DNA of 63,688 nt, filler included, from Collodictyon triciliatum (Eukaryota), in NCBI GenBank assembly GCA_043381765.1. It is 9 parts of 9 records of this genome, joined end to end, with 100 filler letters (N's around TTAATTAATTAA, not from the genome) between each part and the next. Parts side by side here need not be neighbours in the genome. Positions count along the whole stretch, not along the records: positions 7,089 to 14,074 come from JBHJMP010004124.1; positions 14,175 to 21,198 come from JBHJMP010004125.1; positions 21,299 to 28,283 come from JBHJMP010004126.1; 6 more parts are not named here. One strand, given 5' to 3'. Positions 13,797 through 26,019 of this stretch are shown here, piece after piece. The notes beneath the pieces were generated by a model. It saw nothing but the letters and a program-made list of their open reading frames with translations. It searched no databases and was not told the DNA's origin. How positions within the stretch are numbered: the first letter of the stretch is position 1; each line of letters starts with the position of its first letter. The position numbers and the translations under genes were made by a program.

Positions 13797-14074
13797 AGTT
13801 GCCATTCAGCGTTTTGATTTTCTACGACCTCGAGAAAACATATGATACGTGAAACACGAAGCACTGGAAACCATCCTACACAAAAGAGGCTTCTGTACTG
13901 GATTCATCGGCTTTATCAAGAAACTGCACGACAATGCAACAGCGAGGGTACTTACGGCACACGGACCTACGGATGCAATCCAAAGACAGAGCGGGGTGTA
14001 TCAAGGCTGCCCACTTGCACCACTGCTCTTCAACTTTGTCGCTGACTGCCTTGCAAACCACTTCCGAAACGAAA
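13797..14074 (+). mobile_element. Non-LTR retrotransposon reverse-transcriptase fragment (L1/Tx1-like), cut by scaffold end
   Basis: VLIFYDLEKTYD, a 1-nt frameshift, then VKHEALETILHKRGF...GVYQGCPLAPLLFNFVADCL: the LINE RT motifs D.EKAFD and QGCPLSPLLF. Confidence 0.9.
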
Positions 14075-14174
14075 NNNNNNNNNNNNNNNNNNNNNNNNNN
14101 NNNNNNNNNNNNNNNNNNTTAATTAATTAANNNNNNNNNNNNNNNNNNNNNNNNNNNNNNNNNNNNNNNNNNNN

Positions 14175-14390
14175 GCAGGGCTGTCCACCATTAGAGTCAC
14201 GTCCTTCTCGTAGCACTTTCGGGCTTCCATAACCTCCCGCAGTTGCTTGCACATATTACTACGGTTTGCGAAAGAAAGAACCGGCCATTGCTTGCCCCGA
14301 AGGCGGACAAAGCAGTCTTCGTCTTTGAAGAGTCCGTTTTCAATCGCACTTTTTGATCGTGGTATGTCAGCCACAAATGGTCGCACTGAG
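14175..14390 (-). CDS. Partial ORF, possibly the N-terminus of a P-loop NTPase; truncated at scaffold end
   Basis: RPFVADIPRSK...WPVLSFANRSNMCKQLREVMEARKCYEKDVTLMVDSPA ends at the gap with a hydrophobic strand plus SPA, as expected just before a Walker A GxGK. The motif itself is not visible. Confidence 0.35.
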
Positions 14391-14872
14391 TTCGTTGGAG
14401 GTTATATGGAACCTGAAGGGGCAGCTTATGGCTGCGCTGGTGGCAGATACCGCAAGAAGCAAGAGAAGTGTGGGATTGTTTGGGATTTAATCTGGTTTCA
14501 ACGCTCAACATAGCGACCACAACACAATGATCAGAAATGCAAGTACCATGTAAATGATGATATATCTTAACATATTTATATCATAATAAAAGACATTATA
14601 ACCCAAATATGTACTAATATAATCATATTTATTATTTTCCACAATTGTGTCTTTTCTTTTCAAACTTTCGAAATGAGCTTTCCACAACGCAGCGAAAACG
14701 CACACCGGAATCCAAAACGAACCGCCCGACTTCCACCGCACAACATCCTCGCTCGCAACCCGCCAGCGATCGCAACCCGACTCACATGAATAAAGCAGGA
14801 CAGGACAGGAAGAGACACGCCTGCTCCAAGTGACACAAGGAAACAGAAGCTGCTGGTAGTCTAGAACTGAAG

Positions 14873-17828
14873 ATGGCAAACATAGGTAGCTTTTTGCGCA
14901 GAGTGAAGTCTTCTACGCATTCGGGGCTTTTTTCTTTCGCCTCCATTTATTTATTTATTTTTNNNNNNNNNNNNNNNNNNNNNNNNNNNNNNNNNNNNNN
15001 NNNNNNNNNNNNNNNNNNNNNNNNNNNNNNNNNNNNNNNNNNNNNNNNNNNNNNNNNNNNNNNNNNNNNNNNNNNNNNNNNNNNNNNNNNNNNNNNNNNN
15101 NNNNNNNNNNNNNNNNNNNNNNNNNNNNNNNNNNNNNNNNNNNNNNNNNNNNNNNNNNNNNNNNNNNNNNNNNNNNNNNNNNNNNNNNNNNNNNNNNNNN
15201 NNNNNNNNNNNNNNNNNNNNNNNNNNNNNNNNNNNNNNNNNNNNNNNNNNNNNNNNNNNNNNNNNNNNNNNNNNNNNNNNNNNNNNNNNNNNNNNNNNNN
15301 NNNNNNNNNNNNNNNNNNNNNNNNNNNNNNNNNNNNNNNNNNNNNNNNNNNNNNNNNNNNNNNNNNNNNNNNNNNNNNNNNNNNNNNNNNNNNNNNNNNN
15401 NNNNNNNNNNNNNNNNNNNNNNNNNNNNNNNNNNNNNNNNNNNNNNNNNNNNNNNNNNNNNNNNNNNNNNNNNNNNNNNNNNNNNNNNNNNNNNNNNNNN
15501 NNNNNNNNNNNNNNNNNNNNNNNNNNNNNNNNNNNNNNNNNNNNNNNNNNNNNNNNNNNNNNNNNNNNNNNNNNNNNNNNNNNNNNNNNNNNNNNNNNNN
15601 NNNNNNNNNNNNNNNNNNNNNNNNNNNNNNNNNNNNNNNNNNNNNNNNNNNNNNNNNNNNNNNNNNNNNNNNNNNNNNNNNNNNNNNNNNNNNNNNNNNN
15701 NNNNNNNNNNNNNNNNNNNNNNNNNNNNNNNNNNNNNNNNNNNNNNNNNNNNNNNNNNNNNNNNNNNNNNNNNNNNNNNNNNNNNNNNNNNNNNNNNNNN
15801 NNNNNNNNNNNGTCAGATGTCCTTCTTGCTTTTTCAATTTCGCGCATCAACCTTCTTTCTCTGCTCATATTTATTATTTTATATCACATGTACTTTGCAG
15901 TAGTAGATAGTAAAATATCTTTTGCTTTATAAAAGGTCAAAAGGCATTCACTCTTACAATAACCTTGTTTTATTATTTACTGAAATAATTTTAATAAATA
16001 CAGGGTCTGCTTATTGCCAGCTGATGGACTTTTTGCATCCAGGTATCCTGTAGCTTCCGATATCTTTTCAGCCAGAATCATGTGATGCGTGCCTTCTTTC
16101 TTATTCTTAATATTCTTTGTACATCGGCGTTAGCATCCGAATAGTTCTTTTTCTTCCCTTTCTCCTCTCATTAGTGTCTGGATGTGGAATTTACACAACT
16201 ACTTTGTAATGATTTCCGTCTAATTTACCTTTATTATAACTCATTGCAAACCGTCAGGCCAAGTGCAATTATCCAAAGTTAACTTCAATGCGAAGCTAGA
16301 GTACGAGTACATCAAAAATTTTAAAGTTCTACAGACTGTATTCACCAAGCTCGGAATCGAAAGAGTAGCCAATTTATCATAAACACCTTCATATTCTTTC
16401 CATGTCCATATGATCTCCATTTTTTTTCTTATATTATTTAATACTTGGGTGTGTATGTCTTGTGCATAATTTTTACTGTGTTAAAAACGTATTGCGACTG
16501 TATTTTTCTTTTGCAGTACTTAACTCATTTAAGATTGATATTTTAAGTCTATATATTACTAACTTTTAAAAAATAACATGTGAACTACGTTCCCAGAGAA
16601 TTGAGGTTGACAAGCTTGTTAAAGGGAAATACCAAGACAATCTTGAATTCCTGCAGTGGTTCAAAGCATACTTCGATCGAAATATTCCCGTAATATTTAT
16701 TAACCCAATATTTGCCAACTGATATTTATACCTAACATCAATTCTATAATCATGTCTTAATCTTAATAATTGCTCCTGATTATCGTGTTGTCATATATCT
16801 TCTTTTTTTTCAGATTCATATAGACAAAATCGTTCTCCATAAAATGAAACACGTGTTAACATAATTACAACAAAAAGTATGTTCCTTCCTAACAAGTTAC
16901 CGCTCTACTAATTTCATTCTTTTCCTTCTTCAATCTTTACCGGCATCATGAAGGCCAATCTTGAATATGACCCTGTTACTCGCCGTGCGGGTGCAGGTGC
17001 TAGCGAATCAGCTGCGAGTGCGCCTGCGCCTGCTCAAGAGAGAAAGCCAATTGCAAAGTCAGCATCGGCCCCCACAGCTGCGGCATCAAAGAAGGCACCT
17101 GAAGCTCCAGGTTTTTTAAAATAACTCTGTCGATATAAATGGGCCAGAAGCCATGTTGAATTCTGAGTGAGTCAGGCTCTCCAATCCATTACTATCAAAC
17201 CAAAGTTCCTATATCTAATGACATGTCTTTTTTTTTTTTATTAAAAAAAAACACACAAAAATAATCGTGAAACAGTGCCCAAGAAAACACTCTCCCGAAA
17301 TGCATCTGCTGGTGGAGTATCGACCGGTAGGTTCTCTTTTACTTGGAATGAGATATACGCTGATATTGCCATTGAAACCAATAGGCAGCCGACCAAATAA
17401 AATACAAATAGCATGGTGATGACTATAGACTGTTTTTGTCGGGTCTACGAAACCATTACTTTTGTTTAACCTCTTCACCTGGGATTTTTTTAGGTGGTCA
17501 GCGAGACGGTTTATCGAAAGAGGGCGGTGTACCCAAGGAAATTCAAGACGAACTAACAGAGATGCGACTCACCATCGATGGACTCGAGCGCGAACGAGAC
17601 TTTTACTATGGAAAACTTCGACAGATCGAAATCATGTGCCAAGATAACGAACATCTCAATATCCCAATCCTCAAGAATGTCCTTTCTATTCTGTAAGCAC
17701 TTGTTTTATATAAGCTATCCTTTGCTGCATATGCACTAAACCAAATGAAGTATTCTCGAAATCCCACTCACACGATTGGACTTTTTATCAGCTACGCTGT
17801 AGATGAAGATGCTGGAGATGGACAATAA
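14873..17828 (+). CDS. EB1: Microtubule end-binding protein EB1 (RP/EB family); one exon presumably in the N gap
   Basis: 13-nt first exon ATGGCAAACATAG|gt (MANIG). CH-domain exons [71 protein letters not shown] domain [20 protein letters not shown]...[15 protein letters not shown]. Confidence 0.95.
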
Positions 17829-18264
17829 TGCGTTGTCGAAATTCAGTTTGCATGGCCGGCTATCATCTATGGAATACATTTTCTTCTTCTTTCCTTACCT
17901 TCACAATTCATCCTTTCGCCACCCTTAGTTTTGCCATCACAGTTGATGCAAGTTCATCGAGTCAATATTCGAGCCCCAGTTGTGGCGGAAATGAGCCCAG
18001 AATCGATCAATCACTCTTTATTCATTTTTTCTTTTACTCAATCATTCTTTCAATCGGGACACTTCAGTAGTTGCACTTTCACCGAGGGTTAGATATCGAT
18101 GGATGGGTTCTTGAAGGCTGTTCATAATCCATGGCTAGTTCGCTGTGTGATTACTGCAGCCAATCTCTTATCATCAATTTATGTCAAAAATAAAAGGAAA
18201 AAATAATAAACAAAATAACTAACAAAAAAAGAAGAGCAAAGAAAGAGATATAGAGAATTGTGTA

Positions 18265-18903
18265 TGGCAAAAGCTGGCAAAGTCTCCCAACAATTCACAC
18301 TTTGCAGCAACGATGGCGAATCCATTGAGCACGCATTTGTGCAATGTCCCTTCGCTCAAAACCTGCGCGAAACAGCCAGTGAGATTCTTCGATTGACACT
18401 CAAGGCGGCTGCGGCTATTGGCCCAATCCAGGCGATATTTGGGCCTCTGCAATAGCTGCGTCCAGAGGCAAATACATTCTGGGCAGTGACGTGAGGCCAT
18501 TTGCTATGGACTATGTGGATAGCGCGCATATACTCACGCAAAGCAAGACTCAACAACCAGCCACCCATTCCTGATAACAGGCTGAATGACATCATACAAA
18601 TCTCTTTCCTCAATAGCTTTCTTCGCCACCTGCGCGCTCTCTACTACTCAGACCCCGTGAGAAGAGACATGTGGAAAGAGGCTGAGAAAGATATTAAACC
18701 TCGATTTGTATCTCTCATGCAAGCACAAGACCCAGGCTACAGGCCAAACCGCAGGATGCAATTCCTGATAACCGACTACTTCTCCGCCAACCAGCCACCA
18801 AGCAGCGCCCATGCAAACGATGGCTGGCGAAACAAAGCCAACATCTCCACCATCCTGCACCATCTTGCACAAAATTGAAAGGAAGAGGAAAATTAAAAAA
18901 AAA
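18265..18903 (+). mobile_element. 5'-truncated LINE (L1/Tx1-like) 3' end, family A, with A-tail
   Basis: zf-RVT-like CSNDGESIEHAFVQCPFA and LLWTMWIAR; two premature stops; ends ...gcacaaaattgaaaggaag followed by an A-rich tail; closely similar to 26020-26690. Confidence 0.9.
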
Positions 18904-18921
18904 TGGGATTCTTGTAGCCAT

Positions 18922-19031
18922 GAGCGGTTTTTTTTTATGTAAAAAAAAGATGCGGCTAGCCCGCTTTATGGTAAAATAAGGCCTATATCGTAATAAGCGC
19001 GTGCTTGTTTATTCACAGAAATGAACCGCTC
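18922..19031. repeat. Imperfect inverted repeat of about 110 nt (hairpin or MITE-like)
   Basis: gagcggtt...aaccgctc; manual pairing gives 23 of the first 28 positions paired, counting G-U. Confidence 0.55.
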
Positions 19032-19489
19032 NNNNNNNNNNNNNNNNNNNNNNNNNNNNNNNNNNNNNNNNNNNNNNNNNNNNNNNNNNNNNNNNNNNNN
19101 NNNNNNNNNNNNNNNNNNNNNNNNNNNNNNNNNNNNNNNNNNNNNNNNNNNNNNNNNNNNNNNNNNNNNNNNNNNNNNNNNNNNNNNNNNNNNNNNNNNN
19201 NNNNNNNNNNNNNNNNNNNNNNNNNNNNNNNNNNNNNNNNNNNNNNNNNNNNNNNNNNNNNNNNNNNNNNNNNNNNNNNNNNNNNNNNNNNNNNNNNNNN
19301 NNNNNNNNNNNNNNNNNNNNNNNNNNNNNNNNNNNNNNNNNNNNNNNNNNNNNNNNNNNNNNNNNNNNNNNNNNNNNNNNNNNNNNNNNNNNNNNNNNNN
19401 NNNNNNNNNNNNNNNNNNNNNNNNNNNNNNNNNNNNNNNNNNNNNNNNNNNNNNNNNNNNNNNNNNNNNNNNNNNNNNNNNNNNNNNNC

Positions 19490-21107
19490 AGACGAGCCTC
19501 CTCTGTTTCGATCAAAAAGGTATATGATGATTGCTAGAGAACTGGCCATGAAGGTGAGAAAGAGAGCCACAATCCACACAATCTATTGAGGCGCCAAACA
19601 TTCTTAATTAAAATAAGCCAGAAAAATCAAAGCTGGTATTACATATAAAATTTTATATTGGAGGGCATATAAAGAATATTGATTTTTTTGGCATTATTCA
19701 TGGAGCATCATACCTCTCTTTTCGTGTGGAAAATCGTCGAGCCCTTTCCAGTTACACCAACAAGATTGGCACTCTGATTTGTATGCATGTTCATCAGTGT
19801 AGCATCCAGTGATGTCGTTTGCAATTGTATGATTCCCTCGGGCTTCATATACGAAGCCTGCCGTTGTGATTCAGTCCCAGCCACAGATGTGTGAATGTGG
19901 GGCGAAAGTGGCTGTGTTTCGGTTGGGACTTTGCGAGTCTCTGTAGAGAGAGCATTCAAAGCTCCACGAAATGTTACTGCAAGCAACATCGATTAGTTAT
20001 CAGGGAAAAATATGCAATTTTTGTTATAGTAAATCTCATATGATACATTCTCATTCCATGGTTAGTCTATAGTAATACGCAAGTAAAAATGATATATGTA
20101 ATGATGGATTATTTAAGAACATGTTAGAGTTTGAGGCAAGTACCACGGTCCTGGTTGGGATTTGCTGATTTGATACAATAGACCAAACCTAGGTGCGCGA
20201 GACAGGACTCACCATGAGACCCATGAAAGCCCATGAATGACTCATTGGGCGAAAGAATAAGCCTCGCGTTTTCTCCCAGAGAGTCATCTCGAAATAAATA
20301 CCCGAAAGATTGCCTGCGACCTTTTGATGTCATGAGCTGCAAGAAGTGGATTCCCGAGCGTGTATACTGCAAAGACATTTATCTGTTAATCAAATCGATA
20401 TTTTTCCATATCCGCGAATAGATAATGAAGGAAAAAGGCATTCAAGTTGTTAAAAGGCAGAAAGAGCCTCGGGCTGTGATATCGCTCAGGAAAAGTATAA
20501 GCAACTCAGACATATTTAAAATAATTTGGCGAGAGAAGTCCCACCTGGACTTGCATTTGTTGGATGTCTTCATCGCGTTGAACTGGCATCGCTTTGTATT
20601 TGACTTGGACACCAACAGGAGCCATGGCTGCTGCAGGGTAGTGTTTGTAGACAAAGGCTATCTCATCACCTTTTTCGAACCATATCTGCAAATAAGCGAT
20701 GAGAATCATTTCAATAAAGCAGGCCACCATATGCAAGAATATAGTTTAAACTTTCCTCTCGTTACAGGCTGCGTGATATGATATTCGTTCAGCTGGTTAT
20801 TTTGTTTTTGTTTCACTATCATAAGGAATTACTCCTCATAGAATCGAATGGCCGTAACCTCGTAGCCCAGTATTGCCGGCTCGGTTGAGTAGCGCACCCC
20901 GACAGCCTTGACTCGAAGAAAACCGATCTCTGCCAAGGAAAAAGACTCTGACAAAAGCGCACCGTCGTGGAAAGAGGAAGACGATGTTTGGTACTCGGCT
21001 TGTGTTTGGGTGGGCCCGAGTGTTGGGGTTGTGTGTATTTCAACCTTCTTTTCTTCAGCGCCTTGAGCTCTAGGCTTGGATGCGTGTGACGTTGGGGCTG
21101 AGTCCAT
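19490..21107 (-). CDS. Jacalin-like (beta-prism) lectin-domain protein with S/T-rich stalk and C-terminal transmembrane helix; both ends near gaps
   Basis: Spliced exons: SFHDG...RVKAVGVRYS; PVQRDEDIQQMQVQ | YTRSGIHFLQLMTSKGRRQSFG...FMGFHGSHGESCLAHLGLVY (jacalin pattern I..L.F.TS.GR..FG...GFHG..G..L..LG); then TETRKVPTETQP stalk and IVWIVALFLTFMASSLAIIIYLF. Confidence 0.6.
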
Positions 21108-21769
21108 GACCGCTCTTCTTGGCTTCTTCCGCTGTGAAGTGTGAACATTGAGGTGGTAGTAAGCGAGTTGGTTAGGAATAACATGATTGTCCAAAAAANN
21201 NNNNNNNNNNNNNNNNNNNNNNNNNNNNNNNNNNNNNNNNNNTTAATTAATTAANNNNNNNNNNNNNNNNNNNNNNNNNNNNNNNNNNNNNNNNNNNNTA
21301 TACGCCACAAAATAGGCAAATCATCTAATCAACAATTATATTGTGCTAATTTAATAATGTGCCTTAAAAATACAAGAGCTTTATTGTTCATAACGCCAGT
21401 CGGCGGGTGCATAATTTTGTTGAGGTAAAATCAGTCAGGTATGTATATCATAATTATTTTTTTACAAATAGGTTTATGCGTGACTCTTTTTTTTTACATA
21501 TGAAAAATATTTCATGAATAACAAACATTTAGATACATACGAACTGCAAATAAACAACAAATGAGCCAAATATTCAAGGAAAGTTTAGGTAGGCAAGTAC
21601 AATTATTCAATGAAAGGCTAAAAATCTATAAGAAGACGTCTATTTTGTAAATGTCACCGATGCTCAATAAACAAATATCATTAAAATTGTATTTTATCAT
21701 TTGCATGTCATATATTTTTATGATTTGATATGCATATGTTTGGTTAATATTAAATCATACAATTCAACA

Positions 21770-22945
21770 TCTGGAATCCTTGAAGCACTGTGCCTTTGAC
21801 CCACTCGAAAAGCCATAAGATGAGCTAGTCTGTGACATGCACTTAACTTACATCACCGATAAAGCTCTATGCATGCTCATGAAATAGTCTGAAAAATAGC
21901 ATTCATATTTTCAAACGGGAACGTAATTCACTTGATTAAGAAAATATATGTAATTACCTTTCACTCCAGAAAAAATGACACATCATTGAAATATCACCGC
22001 TTCAGAATATCTCCGGTGTGCTGCGATATATCTTGAATCAATAAATAAGACAATATGATGCCTCCGGGGGAAAGTTTGGCCTCGGATTGAATCCATGTCA
22101 GGGCCCTTGGTAGTTGCAGCCGTTTAGAGTTGCAATATTTCTCAACACTCTCGGATGCATAGTGATGAACCAAGAATCCAGCTCCCGTACCAAGCTGACC
22201 TTGACCCGAATCCGACGTGTTCATGCGTTCAAAAAAGATGCATACAACAACGGCGGACTGTAGAAAAATGCAAAAAAAAAACCCTTACTTTGAATTGAAC
22301 GAAGGATATAAAATTATTAAATGTATTATTATTTGCAGTACACTGTTCTGTGTTTCATGGGCGAAAGGCATATATTTCATCCTATGCAAAAATATTGTAA
22401 GGTTTGTTGATTTTGTTTGCATATATTGTGTTCCTGGAAGATTTTGCTATTTTTATTATTAAATTATATGTAAGAAATCATAATTTACACAACATGTGTA
22501 GACAGTATTTTACTCTTGCGCGTGTGTCACTTGCTCTCAATATGATAATTTTATTATATTTTTCTTATGAAATATATGTTATTGTAATATCTCCAAGATG
22601 CAGGCTTTGCGTGGCCTTTTCAACTTTACTACTTTCTTTGAGCCTGTAAGGCACTGGCAGTGTTGTTCAACTATTAATGTAATATTTTTTTTTTGTAAAA
22701 TATTAAGTTGTTGTTATATTTATGTATTTAAAGATTTTTTGCAAACGTGTTCATAAAGCTTCAGAGCGTGTAAGCATAGGCGATATTTCTACCTGTTGTT
22801 GCAGTAGAGAATGTTGAGGAATTTTGCATGACACTGTCCTTATTCTGTTTGTAAGGTCTCTATTTATCCACATCACTGACACATTTGTGAGTAATGCGAC
22901 TCCACATGCAGCTCTTCCATCTGTTTGCATACTTGTTAGCTACTG
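21770..22945 (-). pseudogene. Decaying multi-exon gene of unknown family
   Basis: Exon about 22258-21998 open (SAVVVCIFFERMNT...KRLQLPRALTWIQSEAKL); neighbouring exon-like pieces carry stops; a degenerate paralogue lies at 27000-27245. Confidence 0.45.
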
Positions 22946-23987
22946 AAGCGAAAACAAACAAAAAATATGTAAAATTATATATGCATAAATAATAGTAAAA
23001 TTATGAATAATTTAAACTTGACTTAAACTTACTGGATTTGCATAAACACAAAGAGAAGTAAAACTGGTCAAGAAAAGCATTTATGGTGGTATCAAACAAG
23101 AATTATATCAAGAATAGTTTTTTAAAAACAAATGTTCGAATAAGAAAGGCATTGAAAGGAACAGTTTCAGATTCTTTGTTTTTTAGAAACAGAAATACAC
23201 ACCCAAGTAAGGTGGCAATATTGCGAACATCAGTAAATGCTCTCTGCTCCTTTAGAAATGCAATTTTTTGAGGTATTCCAGCGAAAAATAGTAAGTGTTT
23301 TCAATATATTGCTTACAAATGTGCAAGCAAATCGATAAGCTTGTGGTGATGCGTTGAAGGTTTTTTATAATTTGCCAAACATCTTCTATAATAGATAAAA
23401 AATTTAGATGAAAATTGTTTTGTATACATGAGTTATGTTGCTTTTAATTGACTCAAGGTAGCAGTTTTTTATTTTTCCTTGGTTTCATTTCAACTATTTA
23501 CTAATAGAAAACAAAGCCGAGCTGCTGCCTTCGCCTCTAGGACAAACACGAGATACGGATGAGAAAGTGGAAAACTTGAACTTTATGTAGTTGGATTTTT
23601 TTGTTTATAAAAATAAAAGATAGATAGAAAGATATGAATAGGGATGTAAGATAAGATAAACCGGTTGGTGAAATAGGAATGCAGCAAAGTGTTTTTACAC
23701 ACAGACTTTTCTTCCTGAAGTGGGTTAAATCAAACATGGTTTTAAGATTTTTTTCACGGGCGCCAACATCTTATTCTGTCATGAATAAAAAAATCTAACG
23801 CAGGTTCATATTGTGTTCGAGACTGACAGAAGGGCGGATAAAATTGTCGGGTTGATAAAAGCACTCACAAATCAGTTACCTTAAAAACGATTTCAAGGAA
23901 TTTTATTACCTGTGTATGTCAGACGTTTATTATATTCTTCAATGCGAGTGCCATTTAAATAAAGACTATGATATATAACAACAATAA

Positions 23988-24720
23988 GTGGTGCGGTTGA
24001 GCAAGGGATTGAAAGGTAAAACAAAAACACAGGGATTTATCTTTATATTTGGTTATGTTGTGGTTGGTACAATCTTACAATTATTCGCAATTATACCAGA
24101 AAAATATTCTGGAAGTTTAAGAAGTAATTTTTCTATGGTTATATGTCGTGTGCAAGGTATTTCATTTGCGATGATGTATTGGTGGATTCCCATTTTTTAT
24201 TTGTTTTGTTTACAGTTGTTATTTGTTAGGATAACTATATCTAAAGTTTTATCATTCCATTTTTATATATACGCTTGTACTTTATGAGATGGGTTTCATA
24301 TGCTTTTTATTTCTTCGATTTATTTGTAAGATTAGCGTCCCAAGAAATATCATATGACAGTAACACATCTCTCTCGGGTTTTTATGTCGGCTTGGTTTCT
24401 CTTCAGGGTCTCATAACTACCAACGTTCTTTTGCTGATTTATATTAGTTATCTGGTCTCACAATAATTGTATCGATTATGTGTATTTTTTTAATGCATCT
24501 AAACAATATATTACTATGTCAGGTCAAACAATCGAGAGTTACACAAATTTAAAAAGAGAGAAAATAATAATTTACAAAGTCAAGCCTTTACGCCGTGGTC
24601 TGGACTTCGTGGTCAACGCCACAGTCAGTGTGCATCATGGAGTATTGATTTATTAATAATTTTTAAGTAAACAACAGTATCGATATTTCAGTCTCATAGG
24701 GACTGTATTTTGATTATTCA
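23988..24720 (+). pseudogene. Intronless decayed GPCR-like gene (cAMP-receptor/CRL-like)
   Basis: Successive hydrophobic helices with ICRVQG...WW (TM3-like C..QG), FYIY...W (TM4-like) and IYYYVRSNNRELHKFKKRE (TM5 to ICL3); interrupted by frameshifts and stops. Confidence 0.45.
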
Positions 24721-26019
24721 GCGTATGATGATTACATATACAAAGCCAACAATACACTAGCCATGGCATATAATTAAAATATTTTGTATGAATATATTAA
24801 AATTGTATGCTGTTTTATTTGTTTCATAATGTATTAATCTTGCTCGATAACCTGAATGATCAATTTACAACTAATATCTCATAGATGTAAGATAGTATTG
24901 CACTGTTTGTATTCTTTATCGTATGCATGCTTATGAAAGCAATCAAATATTTATTTCATAATTATAAAAGAGTTCCTAACAATATTGGCAATAACCTGTT
25001 CAAATTGATTTATTACGATAATTTTTTATTTTTAATTGTATTTGATTAATTTTTGTCATCAAAAAGTATATCGATATGTTGGTTGTAACATGTTGCTTAT
25101 ATGCAGTATTTAAGTCCAAATGTGTACTAAAATGGTAAATCAGATTATACATCTATAAAATCCTCGATACGAAGAAACCAACTTATCCATACAGTAAGCA
25201 CCCTCCAAAAATTCATATAAGTTGGCTGCCTTTTAAAAATTTTCATGTGACTATGTCTATACATATTGAAAACAATATTTAGTTATTAAGCTATTCACGA
25301 TTATAAACTTCAACGTCTGCATTAATCAAGAAAAAAACTAAAAAAAATCCTTCAAAATTAGCCTGTGTAAATTTATGTGCCCGCAGGTAAAAACGATTTC
25401 CACGGATTTTCTTTCTCGGCATAACACTGTAGAAAAAACACCAAATGAAATCGCGCATAAATATGCATTGGTAAAAAAGGGCGGATTATAGCGTCAAACA
25501 AATATTAGCTCTATGACCTAAAAACGAGAGTAAAAAAGAAACACAAGTGATTAGCAAAGAAGCAAAGCATATCAGACTTGTTTTTTGGGGTGTCAAAACA
25601 AAGGTTGAGTCAAACATTCTTATTTTTTGCTTTATTGTTATTTGCCCAGTCGCGTTGCACACAATGATTTATGATGTAAAAAAGTAGACAGTAAAAAAAT
25701 GGTATGTGTTTCCAGAAGCTTTAGATTTATGAATATAATAAAATTGTATTTAATTCATCTTGATGGAGCACACGACTGAATGGACGCCACTGAATGCTAC
25801 CTATAACCGGACATACACCAAAAGACAAATTGTTGTTTTGGATATACACCACTAGGCGAGATGGCATAACATACGACCCATACTCGTTCTCTCTTTTTCA
25901 CGTGCCACAGTCAAGCGAAAACAAAGTATTATATGTTGATATCATACAGAGTGAATCATTTGCTTTTTTTTGTTATGGTATGCATTTATTTTGTTTTGGC
26001 AGTGTTTTTGGCTGCTTTA

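Noticed and set aside
16043-16257. U12-type intron in EB1 (donor GTATCCTG)
   Set aside because: Differs from GTATCCTT, has no clear TCCTTAAC branch site, and donors here are degenerate anyway.
18453-18494. In-frame TAG/TGA suggesting stop-codon reassignment
   Set aside because: The sister copy has CAA and CGA at these sites, so they are decay mutations; conserved genes terminate normally with TAA, TAG and TGA.
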